In this document: one piece after another, positions 36,403 to 44,908 of the stretch
How the letters are laid out: every line of letters begins with the position of its first letter
How positions within the stretch are numbered: the stretch's first letter is position 1
Origin: an uncultured Candidatus Rokubacteria bacterium
GTDB taxonomy: Bacteria > Methylomirabilota > Methylomirabilia > Rokubacteriales > DASRDR01
NCBI GenBank assembly: GCA_963805625.1
Contig: CAWDVE010000010.1
Coordinates: 896,001-960,000, forward strand
DNA length: 64,000 bases
Direction: 5' to 3'
The notes under the pieces: generated by a model
Told to the model about the DNA's origin: nothing
The model's input: the letters and a program-made list of their open reading frames with translations, nothing else
Database searches by the model: none
Translations under genes and position numbers: made by a program

Positions 36403-37581
36403 ATGCGGATCACCAGCCTGGAGACGCTGCATGCCGATGGCGGGCGGCGCGCATTCGACTTCGTCAAGGTCACGACGGACGATGGCCTCGTCGGCTGGAG
36501 CGAGTACAACGAGACGTTCGGCGGATCGGGCCTCACGGCGCTGATCCGCCGCCTGGCGCCCGCCCTCGTCGGCAAGGACCCGCGGGCCCATGAGGCGCTC
36601 GTCGCGCTCATGCAGGCGCTTCGGCGGACGTCGGCGGGCGGGGTCGTCCAGCAGGCCATCGGGGCGATCGAGAACGCGCTTCTCGACGTCAAGGCCCGTG
36701 CGCTCGGTATCCCGGTCTACGAGCTTCTCGGCGGGCCGGTTCGGGACAGGATTCGCCTCTACTGGTCGCACTGCGGAACGTACCGGGTCGCCTGGTGGCA
36801 GGAGCTGCAGCTGTCTCCCGTACGGACGCTGGACGATCTCGTCCGGCTCGGGCGCGAGGTCGTGGCCCGCGGCTACACGGCGCTCAAGACGAACGTCCTG
36901 CTCCTGGGCGACAACCCACGCGCCCACGTCCCCGGCTTTGCCCGGGGCGAGAGCTTTCCCGAGCTCAATGCCGACCGGCACGTCCTCCGCGCGGTCCGAG
37001 ACCAGCTGGCGGCATTCCGCGAGGGCGCCGGCCTCGACGTCGACATCCTCGTCGATCTGAACTTCAACTACAAGACGGAGGGGTTCCTGAAGGTCGCTCG
37101 CGCGATCGCGCCCTTCGACATCCTCTGGGTCGAGATGGACACCCGCTCGCCGAGCGCCCTCCGATACCTCCGCGATCACAGCGAGATCGCGGTGGCCTCC
37201 GGGGAGTGCCTCTTCGGGCGGCGCGAGTACCGCCCGTTCTTCGAGCAGGATGCGATGGACGTGGCGATCATCGACGTCCCCTGGAACGGAATCGCCGAGT
37301 CGGTGAAGATCGCGGCGATGGCCGACGCCTACGAGGTCAACGTGGCCCCGCACAACTTCTACGGCCACCTCGCGACCATGATGAGCGCCCACTTCGCGGC
37401 CGTCATCCCGAACCTCCGGATCATGGAGATCGACCCGGAGACGGTGCCCTGGCAGGACGACTTGGTCACGCGAGCGCCCCGGGTCGAGGCCGGGCACCTC
37501 CTCCTGCCGACGGGGCCTGGATGGGGCACTGAGGTGGACGAGGCGGCTGTCCTGGCCCATCCTCCGAGGACGGCGACCTAG
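36403..37581 (+). CDS. Mandelate racemase/muconate lactonizing (enolase superfamily) enzyme
   Basis: ENALLDVKARALGIPVYELLGG; metal ligands in VDLN, WVE, SGE; PHN; GPGWG. Confidence 0.92.
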   Translation: MRITSLETLHADGGRRAFDFVKVTTDDGLVGWSEYNETFGGSGLTALIRRLAPALVGKDPRAHEALVALMQALRRTSAGGVVQQAIGAIENALLDVKARALGIPVYELLGGPVRDRIRLYWSHCGTYRVAWWQELQLSPVRTLDDLVRLGREVVARGYTALKTNVLLLGDNPRAHVPGFARGESFPELNADRHVLRAVRDQLAAFREGAGLDVDILVDLNFNYKTEGFLKVARAIAPFDILWVEMDTRSPSALRYLRDHSEIAVASGECLFGRREYRPFFEQDAMDVAIIDVPWNGIAESVKIAAMADAYEVNVAPHNFYGHLATMMSAHFAAVIPNLRIMEIDPETVPWQDDLVTRAPRVEAGHLLLPTGPGWGTEVDEAAVLAHPPRTAT

Positions 37582-37634
37582 TGAGCCTCCACACCTAGCG
37601 CAGCGGACGGCGCCAGTCGCGCATCGTTCGGCTG

Positions 37635-38591
37635 TCAGCAGAGGGCTGCGGCGACCGACGGCTTCCTGGGCAGCGCCAGGTCCTCCGCGAGCGCGTCCAC
37701 CAGGAAGCTCGTGACGCGGGCGATGACCGCGCCGTCCCGGAGGATGCGGCGGTGCCCGAGCCGGTGTGTCGTCACGAGCTCGGCCTCCGACCAGGCCTCC
37801 GCGATCGCGGCGCCCTCTATCCACGGAACCTCGGCATCGTCTCGATCGTGAACCACGAGGGCCGCCATGGGGAGGTCCCCGGCTAGGCGCACCAGGTCGA
37901 ATGCTTCCGGCGGGACGCCGACCCGGGCTTCCAGCCGACGATCGAGCCGCTCCCGCGCTCTGGCGGACAGACCGCACGCGTCCATGAAGCGCCCGAGATA
38001 GCCACGGAAGTCCGCCGCCGGCGCGACGAGGGCGATTGCCGCCGGCAACTCGACGAACCCGCCGAGGAGCGCCTGGCGGACCGCCCAGGCGCTCACGGCA
38101 GCGCCTCCGGAGTGCGCCACGATTGCTCGCACGGGGCCCACGTCGTCGACGAGGCCGCGGAGCGCCGCGGCCATCTCGGGAATCGTGGCGACCCGTCCCT
38201 CCGAGAGGCCGTGAGCCGGCGCGTCGAAGGTCGTTACCGAGAAACCGCGCGCCAGCAGCGGCCCGACAAACGCGCCCAGCTGACCGCCGCGCCCTCCCCA
38301 GCCGTGGACGAGCAGGACCCGTGGGCCGGCGCCCCAGGTCCACGTCGCGATCCGCCGCCCGGCCACGTGAATGGAGCCGGGGCGCGCCCGGACCAGGATC
38401 TCCCGCTCCCGCTCGGGCGCCGGATGTCGTGGCGGCGTCAGGAACAGGCGCTCCGCCACCCGGGCGGCGAGAGCGGGCAGGATTCGGCTCAGCAAGCCGA
38501 CACTCTCCAGGGACATCCGCTGGATCAACGGCGTCCTGTAAGACCGAACGATCGTGCTGTTATCGAGTGTCAAGATCGGTGATGTACGCAT
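37635..38591 (-). CDS. Alpha/beta fold hydrolase
   Basis: LLVHGWGG, FDAPAHG, AHSGG nucleophile elbow, VHDRDD, LGHRRIL. AAGGGAG RBS upstream. Confidence 0.9.
   Translation of the reverse strand: MRTSPILTLDNSTIVRSYRTPLIQRMSLESVGLLSRILPALAARVAERLFLTPPRHPAPEREREILVRARPGSIHVAGRRIATWTWGAGPRVLLVHGWGGRGGQLGAFVGPLLARGFSVTTFDAPAHGLSEGRVATIPEMAAALRGLVDDVGPVRAIVAHSGGAAVSAWAVRQALLGGFVELPAAIALVAPAADFRGYLGRFMDACGLSARARERLDRRLEARVGVPPEAFDLVRLAGDLPMAALVVHDRDDAEVPWIEGAAIAEAWSEAELVTTHRLGHRRILRDGAVIARVTSFLVDALAEDLALPRKPSVAAALC
38546..38558. promoter_or_regulatory. Putative TetR operator copy inside the hydrolase coding sequence (GAACGATCGTGCT)
   Basis: 11/13 match to the motif in the tetR promoter; core ACGATCGT is palindromic. 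Confidence 0.55.
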
Positions 38592-38608
38592 CTGGCAGAT
38601 CTCCCTTC

Positions 38609-39208
38609 CTAGCGGCCGACGCGGCGGGCCTGGGCGAGTAGCGATTCGAAGGCCCGTCTCACGCGCGTCTCAGCGCTGGGGTCGCGGAGCAGCCGGGCCA
38701 GGTGATGGTAGGAGAGCATGGCTCCGTGAAGGTCGTAGGCGAACTGCTCGGGGTCGAAATCCGGGCGGAACTGGCCTTCCTGGATCCCGGTCCGAGCCGA
38801 ATTGGCGATCACCTCCAGCCAATCCTTCTGGGATTGCACGACGTACTCCCGGGCCGCGCCCGGGCGGTCGTCCAGCTCCACGGCAGCCGCGATGAACGGG
38901 CATCCGCCGGGTAGCGCGGCCGATCGCTCCCAGTTGAGCCAGCTCTCGAACAGCGCCCGCAGGCGAGGCTCCCCTCGCGGCGCGGACAGTCCGGGCTTGA
39001 CGACCTGCTCGATGAAGCGCGTGCGCGCCGTCTCGAGGACCTGGAGGAGCAGCTCCTCCTTGCCGCGAAAGTGGGCGAAGAGCCCGCTCTTGGACAGTTG
39101 GAGATCCTGGGCCAGGCGCCCGATCGTGAGGCCCTCCAGGCCCTCCTTCGTCGCAATCTGGAGGGCGTGGTCAAGGATGGCGCGTCGGGTCTCTTCGCCT
39201 TTCGACAC
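38609..39208 (-). CDS. TetR/AcrR family transcriptional regulator
   Basis: GLEGLTIGRLA...SKSGLFAHF.GKEEL HTH; GGCPF C-terminal domain. Confidence 0.95.
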   Translation of the reverse strand: MSKGEETRRAILDHALQIATKEGLEGLTIGRLAQDLQLSKSGLFAHFRGKEELLLQVLETARTRFIEQVVKPGLSAPRGEPRLRALFESWLNWERSAALPGGCPFIAAAVELDDRPGAAREYVVQSQKDWLEVIANSARTGIQEGQFRPDFDPEQFAYDLHGAMLSYHHLARLLRDPSAETRVRRAFESLLAQARRVGR

Positions 39209-39214
39209 TCCCGT

Positions 39215-39244
39215 ACAATAGTACGGTCGTTCCTTTTATGTCAA
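39215..39244 (-). promoter_or_regulatory. Leaderless sigma70 promoter TTGACA-N18-TATTGT-N6-GTG with operator-like GAACGACCGTACT in the spacer
   Basis: Minus strand reads TTGACATAAAAGGAACGACCGTACTATTGTACGGGAGTG. Confidence 0.7.
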
Positions 39245-39307
39245 GCGCCTTCCGGGCCGCCTCCGATCGTCCTGAGCCTCGCCTGCCTCGCCTGTGCGGG
39301 CGCGCTC

Positions 39308-40075
39308 CTACGCGTTGCGCTCCAGGACCGATTGCAGGAACTGCCGGGTCCGCTCGTGCCGGGGCGTGGTGAAGATCTGCTCCGGGCTTCCCTCCTCCAC
39401 CACCACCCCGTCGGCCATGAAGAGGACCCGGTCGGCCACGTCGCGCGCGAAGCCCATCTCGTGGGTCACGACGATCATCGTCATGCCCTCCGCCGCGAGC
39501 TGGCGCATCACGCGGAGCACCTCCCCGATGAGCTCGGGGTCCAGGGCCGAGGTGACCTCGTCGAACAGCATCGCCTTGGGCTGCATCGCGAGCGACCGCG
39601 CGATGGCCACGCGCTGCTGCTGCCCGCCGCTCAGCTCCTGCGGATAGGCGTCCACCTTGTCGGAGAGTCCAACCTTGGCCAGGAGCGCCTCCGCCTTGCG
39701 CCGGGCGTCCTCGCGCGGTTCGTTCCGGACGTGGACCGGGGCCAGCATCACGTTTTCGAGGGCCGTCAGGTGCGGAAACAGGTTGAAGGACTGGAACACC
39801 ATCCCGACCTCCGACCGCAGCGCCTCGACCCGGCGCTCGGTGTCGACGACCACCTTGCCGTCTCGAACGTATCGGTAGACCGGCTCCTCCTCCAGGTAGA
39901 TCGTGCCGCTGTCGACCCCCTCGAGGTGATTGATGCAGCGGAGCAACGTCGACTTCCCTGCTCCTGATGGGCCGATGATGCAGACCACCTCGCCCTTGTC
40001 CACGGTCAGCGAGACGTCGCGAAGGACCTGGAGGCGTCCGAAGCTCTTGTTGACCTTGTCCAGGCGGATCATCAC
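39308..40075 (-). CDS. Polar amino acid ABC transporter ATP-binding protein (GlnQ-like)
   Basis: [50 protein letters not shown]. Confidence 0.95.
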   Translation of the reverse strand: MMIRLDKVNKSFGRLQVLRDVSLTVDKGEVVCIIGPSGAGKSTLLRCINHLEGVDSGTIYLEEEPVYRYVRDGKVVVDTERRVEALRSEVGMVFQSFNLFPHLTALENVMLAPVHVRNEPREDARRKAEALLAKVGLSDKVDAYPQELSGGQQQRVAIARSLAMQPKAMLFDEVTSALDPELIGEVLRVMRQLAAEGMTMIVVTHEMGFARDVADRVLFMADGVVVEEGSPEQIFTTPRHERTRQFLQSVLERNA

Positions 40076-40794
40076 GCGGCTCCCTGAGCGACGCCCCTAA
40101 GGAGGGGCTGCCGGCCCCGTCGGTATCCGATCCGCATGCGCCGCTCGAGGTACTGGACGCCGAGCGACCCCGGATACGACAGTGCCAAGTAGATCATCCC
40201 AGCGATCGTGAAGATGGTGAAGTACTGGAAGTTGGTCGCCGCGATGATCTGGCCGCTGAAGATGAGCTCCTTCACCGTGATGGTGGAGGCCAGGGCGGTG
40301 TCCTTGAACAGCGAGATGAAGTAGTTGCCGAGCGGTGGCACGACGATACGGAGCGCCTGCGGCAGGATGACGAGACGCATCATCTTGGCCCGCGACATTC
40401 CGAGGGAGAGCGCCGCTTCCACCTGCCCCTTCGCCACCGCCTGAATACCGGCCCGGTAGACTTCCGACAGGTAGGCCGCGTAGTTGACGGTGAGCCCCAC
40501 CACCCCGGCCGCGAACGGCCCGACCTTGATCCCGAACGCGGGCAGCACGAAGTAGATGTAGAACAGCTGCAGCATGCACGGAGTGCCGCGGATGACCTCG
40601 ACGTAGACCGTCGCCGCCACGCGGACCGGCTTGATCCGGGAGAGACGCGCGAGCGCGACGACCAGGCCGAACACGAGGCTCAGCGCCATCACCGAGAGCG
40701 TGAGCTCCACGCTGATGAGCGCCCCCCGGAGCAGGTCTGGGAGGTAGCTGCCGGCATCGCGGAAGTTGAAGAGCGAGAGCAGGTTGTCGAACAT
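40072..40794 (-). CDS. Polar amino acid ABC transporter permease
   Basis: [37 protein letters not shown]. Confidence 0.95.
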   Translation of the reverse strand: MFDNLLSLFNFRDAGSYLPDLLRGALISVELTLSVMALSLVFGLVVALARLSRIKPVRVAATVYVEVIRGTPCMLQLFYIYFVLPAFGIKVGPFAAGVVGLTVNYAAYLSEVYRAGIQAVAKGQVEAALSLGMSRAKMMRLVILPQALRIVVPPLGNYFISLFKDTALASTITVKELIFSGQIIAATNFQYFTIFTIAGMIYLALSYPGSLGVQYLERRMRIGYRRGRQPLLRGVAQGAA

Positions 40795-40943
40795 GACGCC
40801 TCCGCCTACGGGTTGGGAATCAGGCCGGCCCGAATCTCCGTGAGAACACTACGGAGCGCGAGACTGGGTCGCGCGAGCGCGAGTTCCGGGTGTCCGCTCG
40901 AGGCTCCCAGCCACGCCCGCCGGTGCACGGCGGCGGCCCGGCC

Positions 40944-40994
40944 GCCTGTCCCGCGCTCCGGCCGCCGAGTCGGCAGCGGAAGTGCGGGACAGGC
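40944..40994. other. Long intercistronic stem-loop between binding-protein and permease genes
   Basis: GCCTGTCCCGCGCTCCG...CGGAAGTGCGGGACAGGC with inner GCCGA-G-TCGGC. Confidence 0.6.
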
Positions 40995-41021
40995 CCTGCG
41001 GATCGACTGCGCTGGCCGTGT

Positions 41022-41909
41022 CTACTGCGACAGCGCGTTCGGGATGACCACGTACCGGGCGGGCAGCCCCGTCTTCACGAGGAACTTGCCCACCGTGCCG
41101 TCCGCCCGCATTTCGTCGATGGCACGCGACAGCGCGTGGTTCAGGTCGACGTCAGTCTTGCGGAGCGCGTACCGTGCGTAGCCGAGCTGGAGCTCGATCG
41201 GCATGGCGACGGAGCTCATCTCCATGTTGATCCCGGGATGCGCCTTGATGAACTGCAGCATCTTGATGTCGTCGTCGACGATGGCGTCGACGCGACCGGC
41301 CGCGAGATCGGCGAACTCTACGTCGCTGGTCGTAAAGAGCTTCAGCTCCTTCAGGTCCTTCCGCGCTTCCATGATCGGCTGGTAGAAGGTCCCGCGGTAC
41401 GTCCCGACCGTCTTGCCCGCGAAGTCCCCCCACGTCATGATCTTCTTCGGGTTGCCCTTCTGGACGGCCACGGCCGCGCCGTACCAGTACGCCGGGCTCG
41501 TGAAGTCGATGACCTTCAGCCGGCCTTCGTTCTCGTGGATGTTGTCCACGATCACGTCGATGCGCTTCGCCTGCAGGGCGGCGATGAGGGAGTCGAAGGG
41601 CATGATCTCCCACGTGACCTTCTTGATGCCGAGGCGCCGGGTGATCTCCCGGAACATGTCGACGTCGAGCCCGGCGTACTCCTTGGTCTTTTCGTCCTGG
41701 TAGGTCCAGGGGAAGTCCGGCACGATACCGAGGGTGATTCCGTCCTTCACGGCCCGCGTGTACGAGCCGTCGCCACCGGTGAAGCTGACACCGAGGATGG
41801 GCCCGGTCGAGCCGTACTCGTCGACCCCTGCCCGGGAGACCCAGACAAGTCCGACGAAGACGGTGATGGTTAGCAGGGCGACCAGAATTCCACGCGCTCG
41901 GTCACGCAT
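41022..41909 (-). CDS. Polar amino acid ABC substrate-binding protein (family 3)
   Basis: GLDVD, FDSLIAALQAKRID, IDFTSP, DLAAGRVDA; N-terminal hydrophobic segment. Confidence 0.9.
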   Translation of the reverse strand: MRDRARGILVALLTITVFVGLVWVSRAGVDEYGSTGPILGVSFTGGDGSYTRAVKDGITLGIVPDFPWTYQDEKTKEYAGLDVDMFREITRRLGIKKVTWEIMPFDSLIAALQAKRIDVIVDNIHENEGRLKVIDFTSPAYWYGAAVAVQKGNPKKIMTWGDFAGKTVGTYRGTFYQPIMEARKDLKELKLFTTSDVEFADLAAGRVDAIVDDDIKMLQFIKAHPGINMEMSSVAMPIELQLGYARYALRKTDVDLNHALSRAIDEMRADGTVGKFLVKTGLPARYVVIPNALSQ

Positions 41910-42115
41910 GGGCAGAGCCTCCTGTCCGTTTTGCTAGGCTTCGCGGTGCGGCGGTTGCAGGCGGGCGGCATGCCAGTCTGGCCGCGCAGCGGCCACTGCT
42001 ATGGGCCGGCCGCCACATGATCGGTGGGCCCGGGACGAACTGTCAAGGGTCGCCCGGCCCGCTGTTGCGCAAGGAGGCTGTCACCTCGGCCGAAAGGTAG
42101 GCAGGTCCGCCTAGG

Positions 42116-44533
42116 TCAGGCTCGAGGGCGGCGATTCTCCGGATCGAATGGGGGCTCGGCGAGGACACGGGCGGGGCGGCGCTCGCCCAGGATCTCGACA
42201 GCGAGCGGCGCGCTGGGCAGCGAGACCTCGGCGTCGAGGTAGGCCACCGCCAGGCTGCGGCCGAGCCAGTGGGCGAAGCCGCCGGAGGTCGTGATCCCCG
42301 CGACGCAGTCGCCCGCCCAGACGGCCTCGTTCCCCCAGCAGTCGGCGTCGAGCGCGTCGACCTCGAGGGTGGCCAGGCGCTTCCCTACGCCGTCTCGCCG
42401 ATGACGGAGCAAAGCGTCCCGACCGATGAAATCCCCCTTGTCGAAGGCCACGAAACGCTCGAGCCCGGCCTCGAGCGGCGTCACCTCAGTGTTGATGTCG
42501 GCCCCCCATGCCCGGTAGGCCTTCTCGAGCCGCAGGGAATCCATTGCGCGGAGGCCGAAGTCGACGAGCCCCAGGTCCGCTCCCGCGCTCTTGAGCGCTT
42601 CGTAGAACCCCGTCTGGTATTCCACCGGGTGGTGGAGCTCCCAACCGAGCTCCCCCACGAAGTTGATCCGGAGCGCCCGGACGGGCACGGAGCCGACCTG
42701 GATCTCGCGCGCCGAGAGCCACGGGAAAGCGGCGTTCGACAGGTCGGCGTCGGTGACGCGCGCCAGGACATCCCGGGCGCGGGGTCCGGCAAGGATCAGG
42801 ACACCCCAGGCGGGCGTCACGTTCTCGATGGCCACGCTCCCGTCCGCCGGCGCATGGCGCCGGAGCCAGTCGAGGTCGTGGAGCTCGGCGACTGCAGCAC
42901 TCACGACCAGGAAGCGCTCGGGCGCGAGCCGCGTCACGGTTACGTCGCACTCGACCGCGCCCGTCGGCGTCAGGAGCTGCGAGAGCGCGATCCGGCCGAG
43001 CCGGGGGAGCCGGTTCGCACACAGCCGGTCGAGGAAGGCCTCCGCGCCCAGACCGTGCACCTCGTACTTCGAGAAGCTCGACAGCTCGAGCACCCCCACG
43101 CGCTCGCGGACGGCGCGTGCTTCCCGGCCCACGGTCTCGAACCAGTTGGTCCGACGGAAGCTCGGCCGGTCGCGCGGCTCCGTCCCTGGCGGCGCGAACC
43201 AGTACGGCCGCTCCCAGCCGTTCCGCACTCCGAAGACCGCGCCGGCGGCGTGGAAGCGGTCGTAGAGCGGGCTCGTCCGGGCCGGCCGCCCCGGCCGGCG
43301 ATCGTCCTGGGGGTAGACGATCGCGTACTCGTCCTCGTAGATGTCGATGCACCGGGCGACCGCGTAGTGCTCCGTCGCGTACGTCCCGTAGCGGCGCGGG
43401 TCCACCTCCCAGAGGTCGATGGACGGCTGCCCCTCCACGATCCACTCCGCCAGGTAACGCCCCGCCCCACCCGCCTGGGTAATCCCGAAGCTCACACCGC
43501 AGGCCAGCCAGAATCCGGGTAGACCGAACGCGGGGCCGAGGAGCGGGTTCCCGTCCGGCGTGTAGGTGATCGGGCCGTTGACGATCCGCGCGACGCCTGC
43601 CCGGGCGAGCACGGGCACGCGCGCCATCGCGGACTCGACGATCGTGCGAAGCCGCTCGGGATCCGGCGGCAGGAGGTCGGCGCCGAACTCGGGCGGAATC
43701 CCACCGACGCCGAATGGCTTTGCGTCGCGCTCGTAGGGACCAAGAAGGAGTCCCTGGCCTTCCTGGCGCAGGTAGTACGACACGTCAACCTCGCGGAGAA
43801 GCGGCAGCTCGCGGCCGAGCCCCGCGATCTCGGGAATGGCCTCCGTCACCAGGTACTGGTGCTCCATCGGGACGATCGGGAGATCGAGGCCGACCAGCTG
43901 GCCGACCTCACGCGCCCACGTGCCAGCCGCGTTCACGACGACCTCCGCCAGGAAGTCGCCCCGATTGGTGGCGATCCGCCATTCGCCGCTGGCCGTCCGC
44001 TCGAGCCCGGTCACACGTGTGTGCCGGTGGACGCGGGCACCCCGATCTCGCGCGCCCTTGACAAGGGCCTGCGTCACGCTGGTCGGATCGACGTGACCGT
44101 CTTCCGGGTTCCAGACCGCGCCCAGCAGGCCGCGCGTCTCGACGAGGGGATGCAGCCGCCGGATCTCGTCGGGCCCGATCACCTCGAACGGGAGCCCGAT
44201 CGTCCGCGCCTTGCCCCGGTGGCGCCGGTACTCGTCCATCCGGTCCGGCACCGAGGCGAGCCGGAGACTCCCGGGTCGGTGGAACCCGACCGCCTGCCCC
44301 GTCTCCGCCTCGAGCCGCTGGTAGAGCTCCGTGCTGGCGAGGTGGATCCGCGATAGGTTGAGGCTCGTGTTGAAGTGCGGCGTATTGCCCGCCGCGTGCC
44401 ACGTCGACCCCGACGCCAGCTCGCCCCGCTCGATCAGGACCGTGTCGGTCCACCCCGCACGCGCGAGGTGGTAAAGGACGCTGGCGCCGAGGATGCCGCC
44501 GCCGATGACGACGACGCGGGCCGTCTCGGTCAT
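42116..44533 (-). CDS. FAD-dependent oxidoreductase with GcvT domain (dimethylglycine dehydrogenase-like)
   Basis: VIGGGILG, GSTWHAAG (covalent FAD His), NGPITYTPDG, GWERP, GELGWELH, SLRLEK. Confidence 0.92.
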   Translation of the reverse strand: MTETARVVVIGGGILGASVLYHLARAGWTDTVLIERGELASGSTWHAAGNTPHFNTSLNLSRIHLASTELYQRLEAETGQAVGFHRPGSLRLASVPDRMDEYRRHRGKARTIGLPFEVIGPDEIRRLHPLVETRGLLGAVWNPEDGHVDPTSVTQALVKGARDRGARVHRHTRVTGLERTASGEWRIATNRGDFLAEVVVNAAGTWAREVGQLVGLDLPIVPMEHQYLVTEAIPEIAGLGRELPLLREVDVSYYLRQEGQGLLLGPYERDAKPFGVGGIPPEFGADLLPPDPERLRTIVESAMARVPVLARAGVARIVNGPITYTPDGNPLLGPAFGLPGFWLACGVSFGITQAGGAGRYLAEWIVEGQPSIDLWEVDPRRYGTYATEHYAVARCIDIYEDEYAIVYPQDDRRPGRPARTSPLYDRFHAAGAVFGVRNGWERPYWFAPPGTEPRDRPSFRRTNWFETVGREARAVRERVGVLELSSFSKYEVHGLGAEAFLDRLCANRLPRLGRIALSQLLTPTGAVECDVTVTRLAPERFLVVSAAVAELHDLDWLRRHAPADGSVAIENVTPAWGVLILAGPRARDVLARVTDADLSNAAFPWLSAREIQVGSVPVRALRINFVGELGWELHHPVEYQTGFYEALKSAGADLGLVDFGLRAMDSLRLEKAYRAWGADINTEVTPLEAGLERFVAFDKGDFIGRDALLRHRRDGVGKRLATLEVDALDADCWGNEAVWAGDCVAGITTSGGFAHWLGRSLAVAYLDAEVSLPSAPLAVEILGERRPARVLAEPPFDPENRRPRA

Positions 44534-44693
44534 GGCTCGGCGTCCTCCGGCGACTCGCTCTCGGCTGGCAGCGGCGGGAGCACCGGAGGCGCGTCGCAGG
44601 GAGCCGAGGCCCTCGTCAGCTCCCACGAGACGGCGTCCATGAGGCTCGTTTGGGCCCCGTAGTCATACGTAATCGTGTACTCGCCCTTCATCA
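44530..44693 (-). other. Short ORF or gene remnant whose stop overlaps the dehydrogenase start
   Basis: MMKGEYTITYDYGAQTSLMDAVSWEL... ends in an ATGA overlap. No family recognised. Confidence 0.25.
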
Positions 44694-44908
44694 TCCCCCG
44701 GGAGCGCCCAGGATGCGTGGCTCCTCCGGGTCCGGGTCCCTGCCCATACGGATCCCCGTGAAGAGCTCCTGACTGTGGGTCGGTGGCCCACTGGCCCGGG
44801 AGCACCCTCCGACCCCGGTCCGCTCGTCGCGAACCTCGGTGCGCGAGCGCCCGACCGAACGCCAGGTCGTCGATGCCGGTGAATTCCACGTGAGCTGGCC
44901 GCCCGGGG

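Noticed and set aside
41955-41980. Sigma54 promoter upstream of the amino-acid ABC operon
   Set aside because: The minus strand has TGGCA and GG-N10-GC but lacks the TTGC -12 element. Such matches are common by chance in GC-rich DNA.
44534-44908. Glycine riboswitch upstream of the GcvT-domain gene
   Set aside because: The conserved aptamer elements (GGAGA...CCGAAG...CUCUCAGG) are not present in order.
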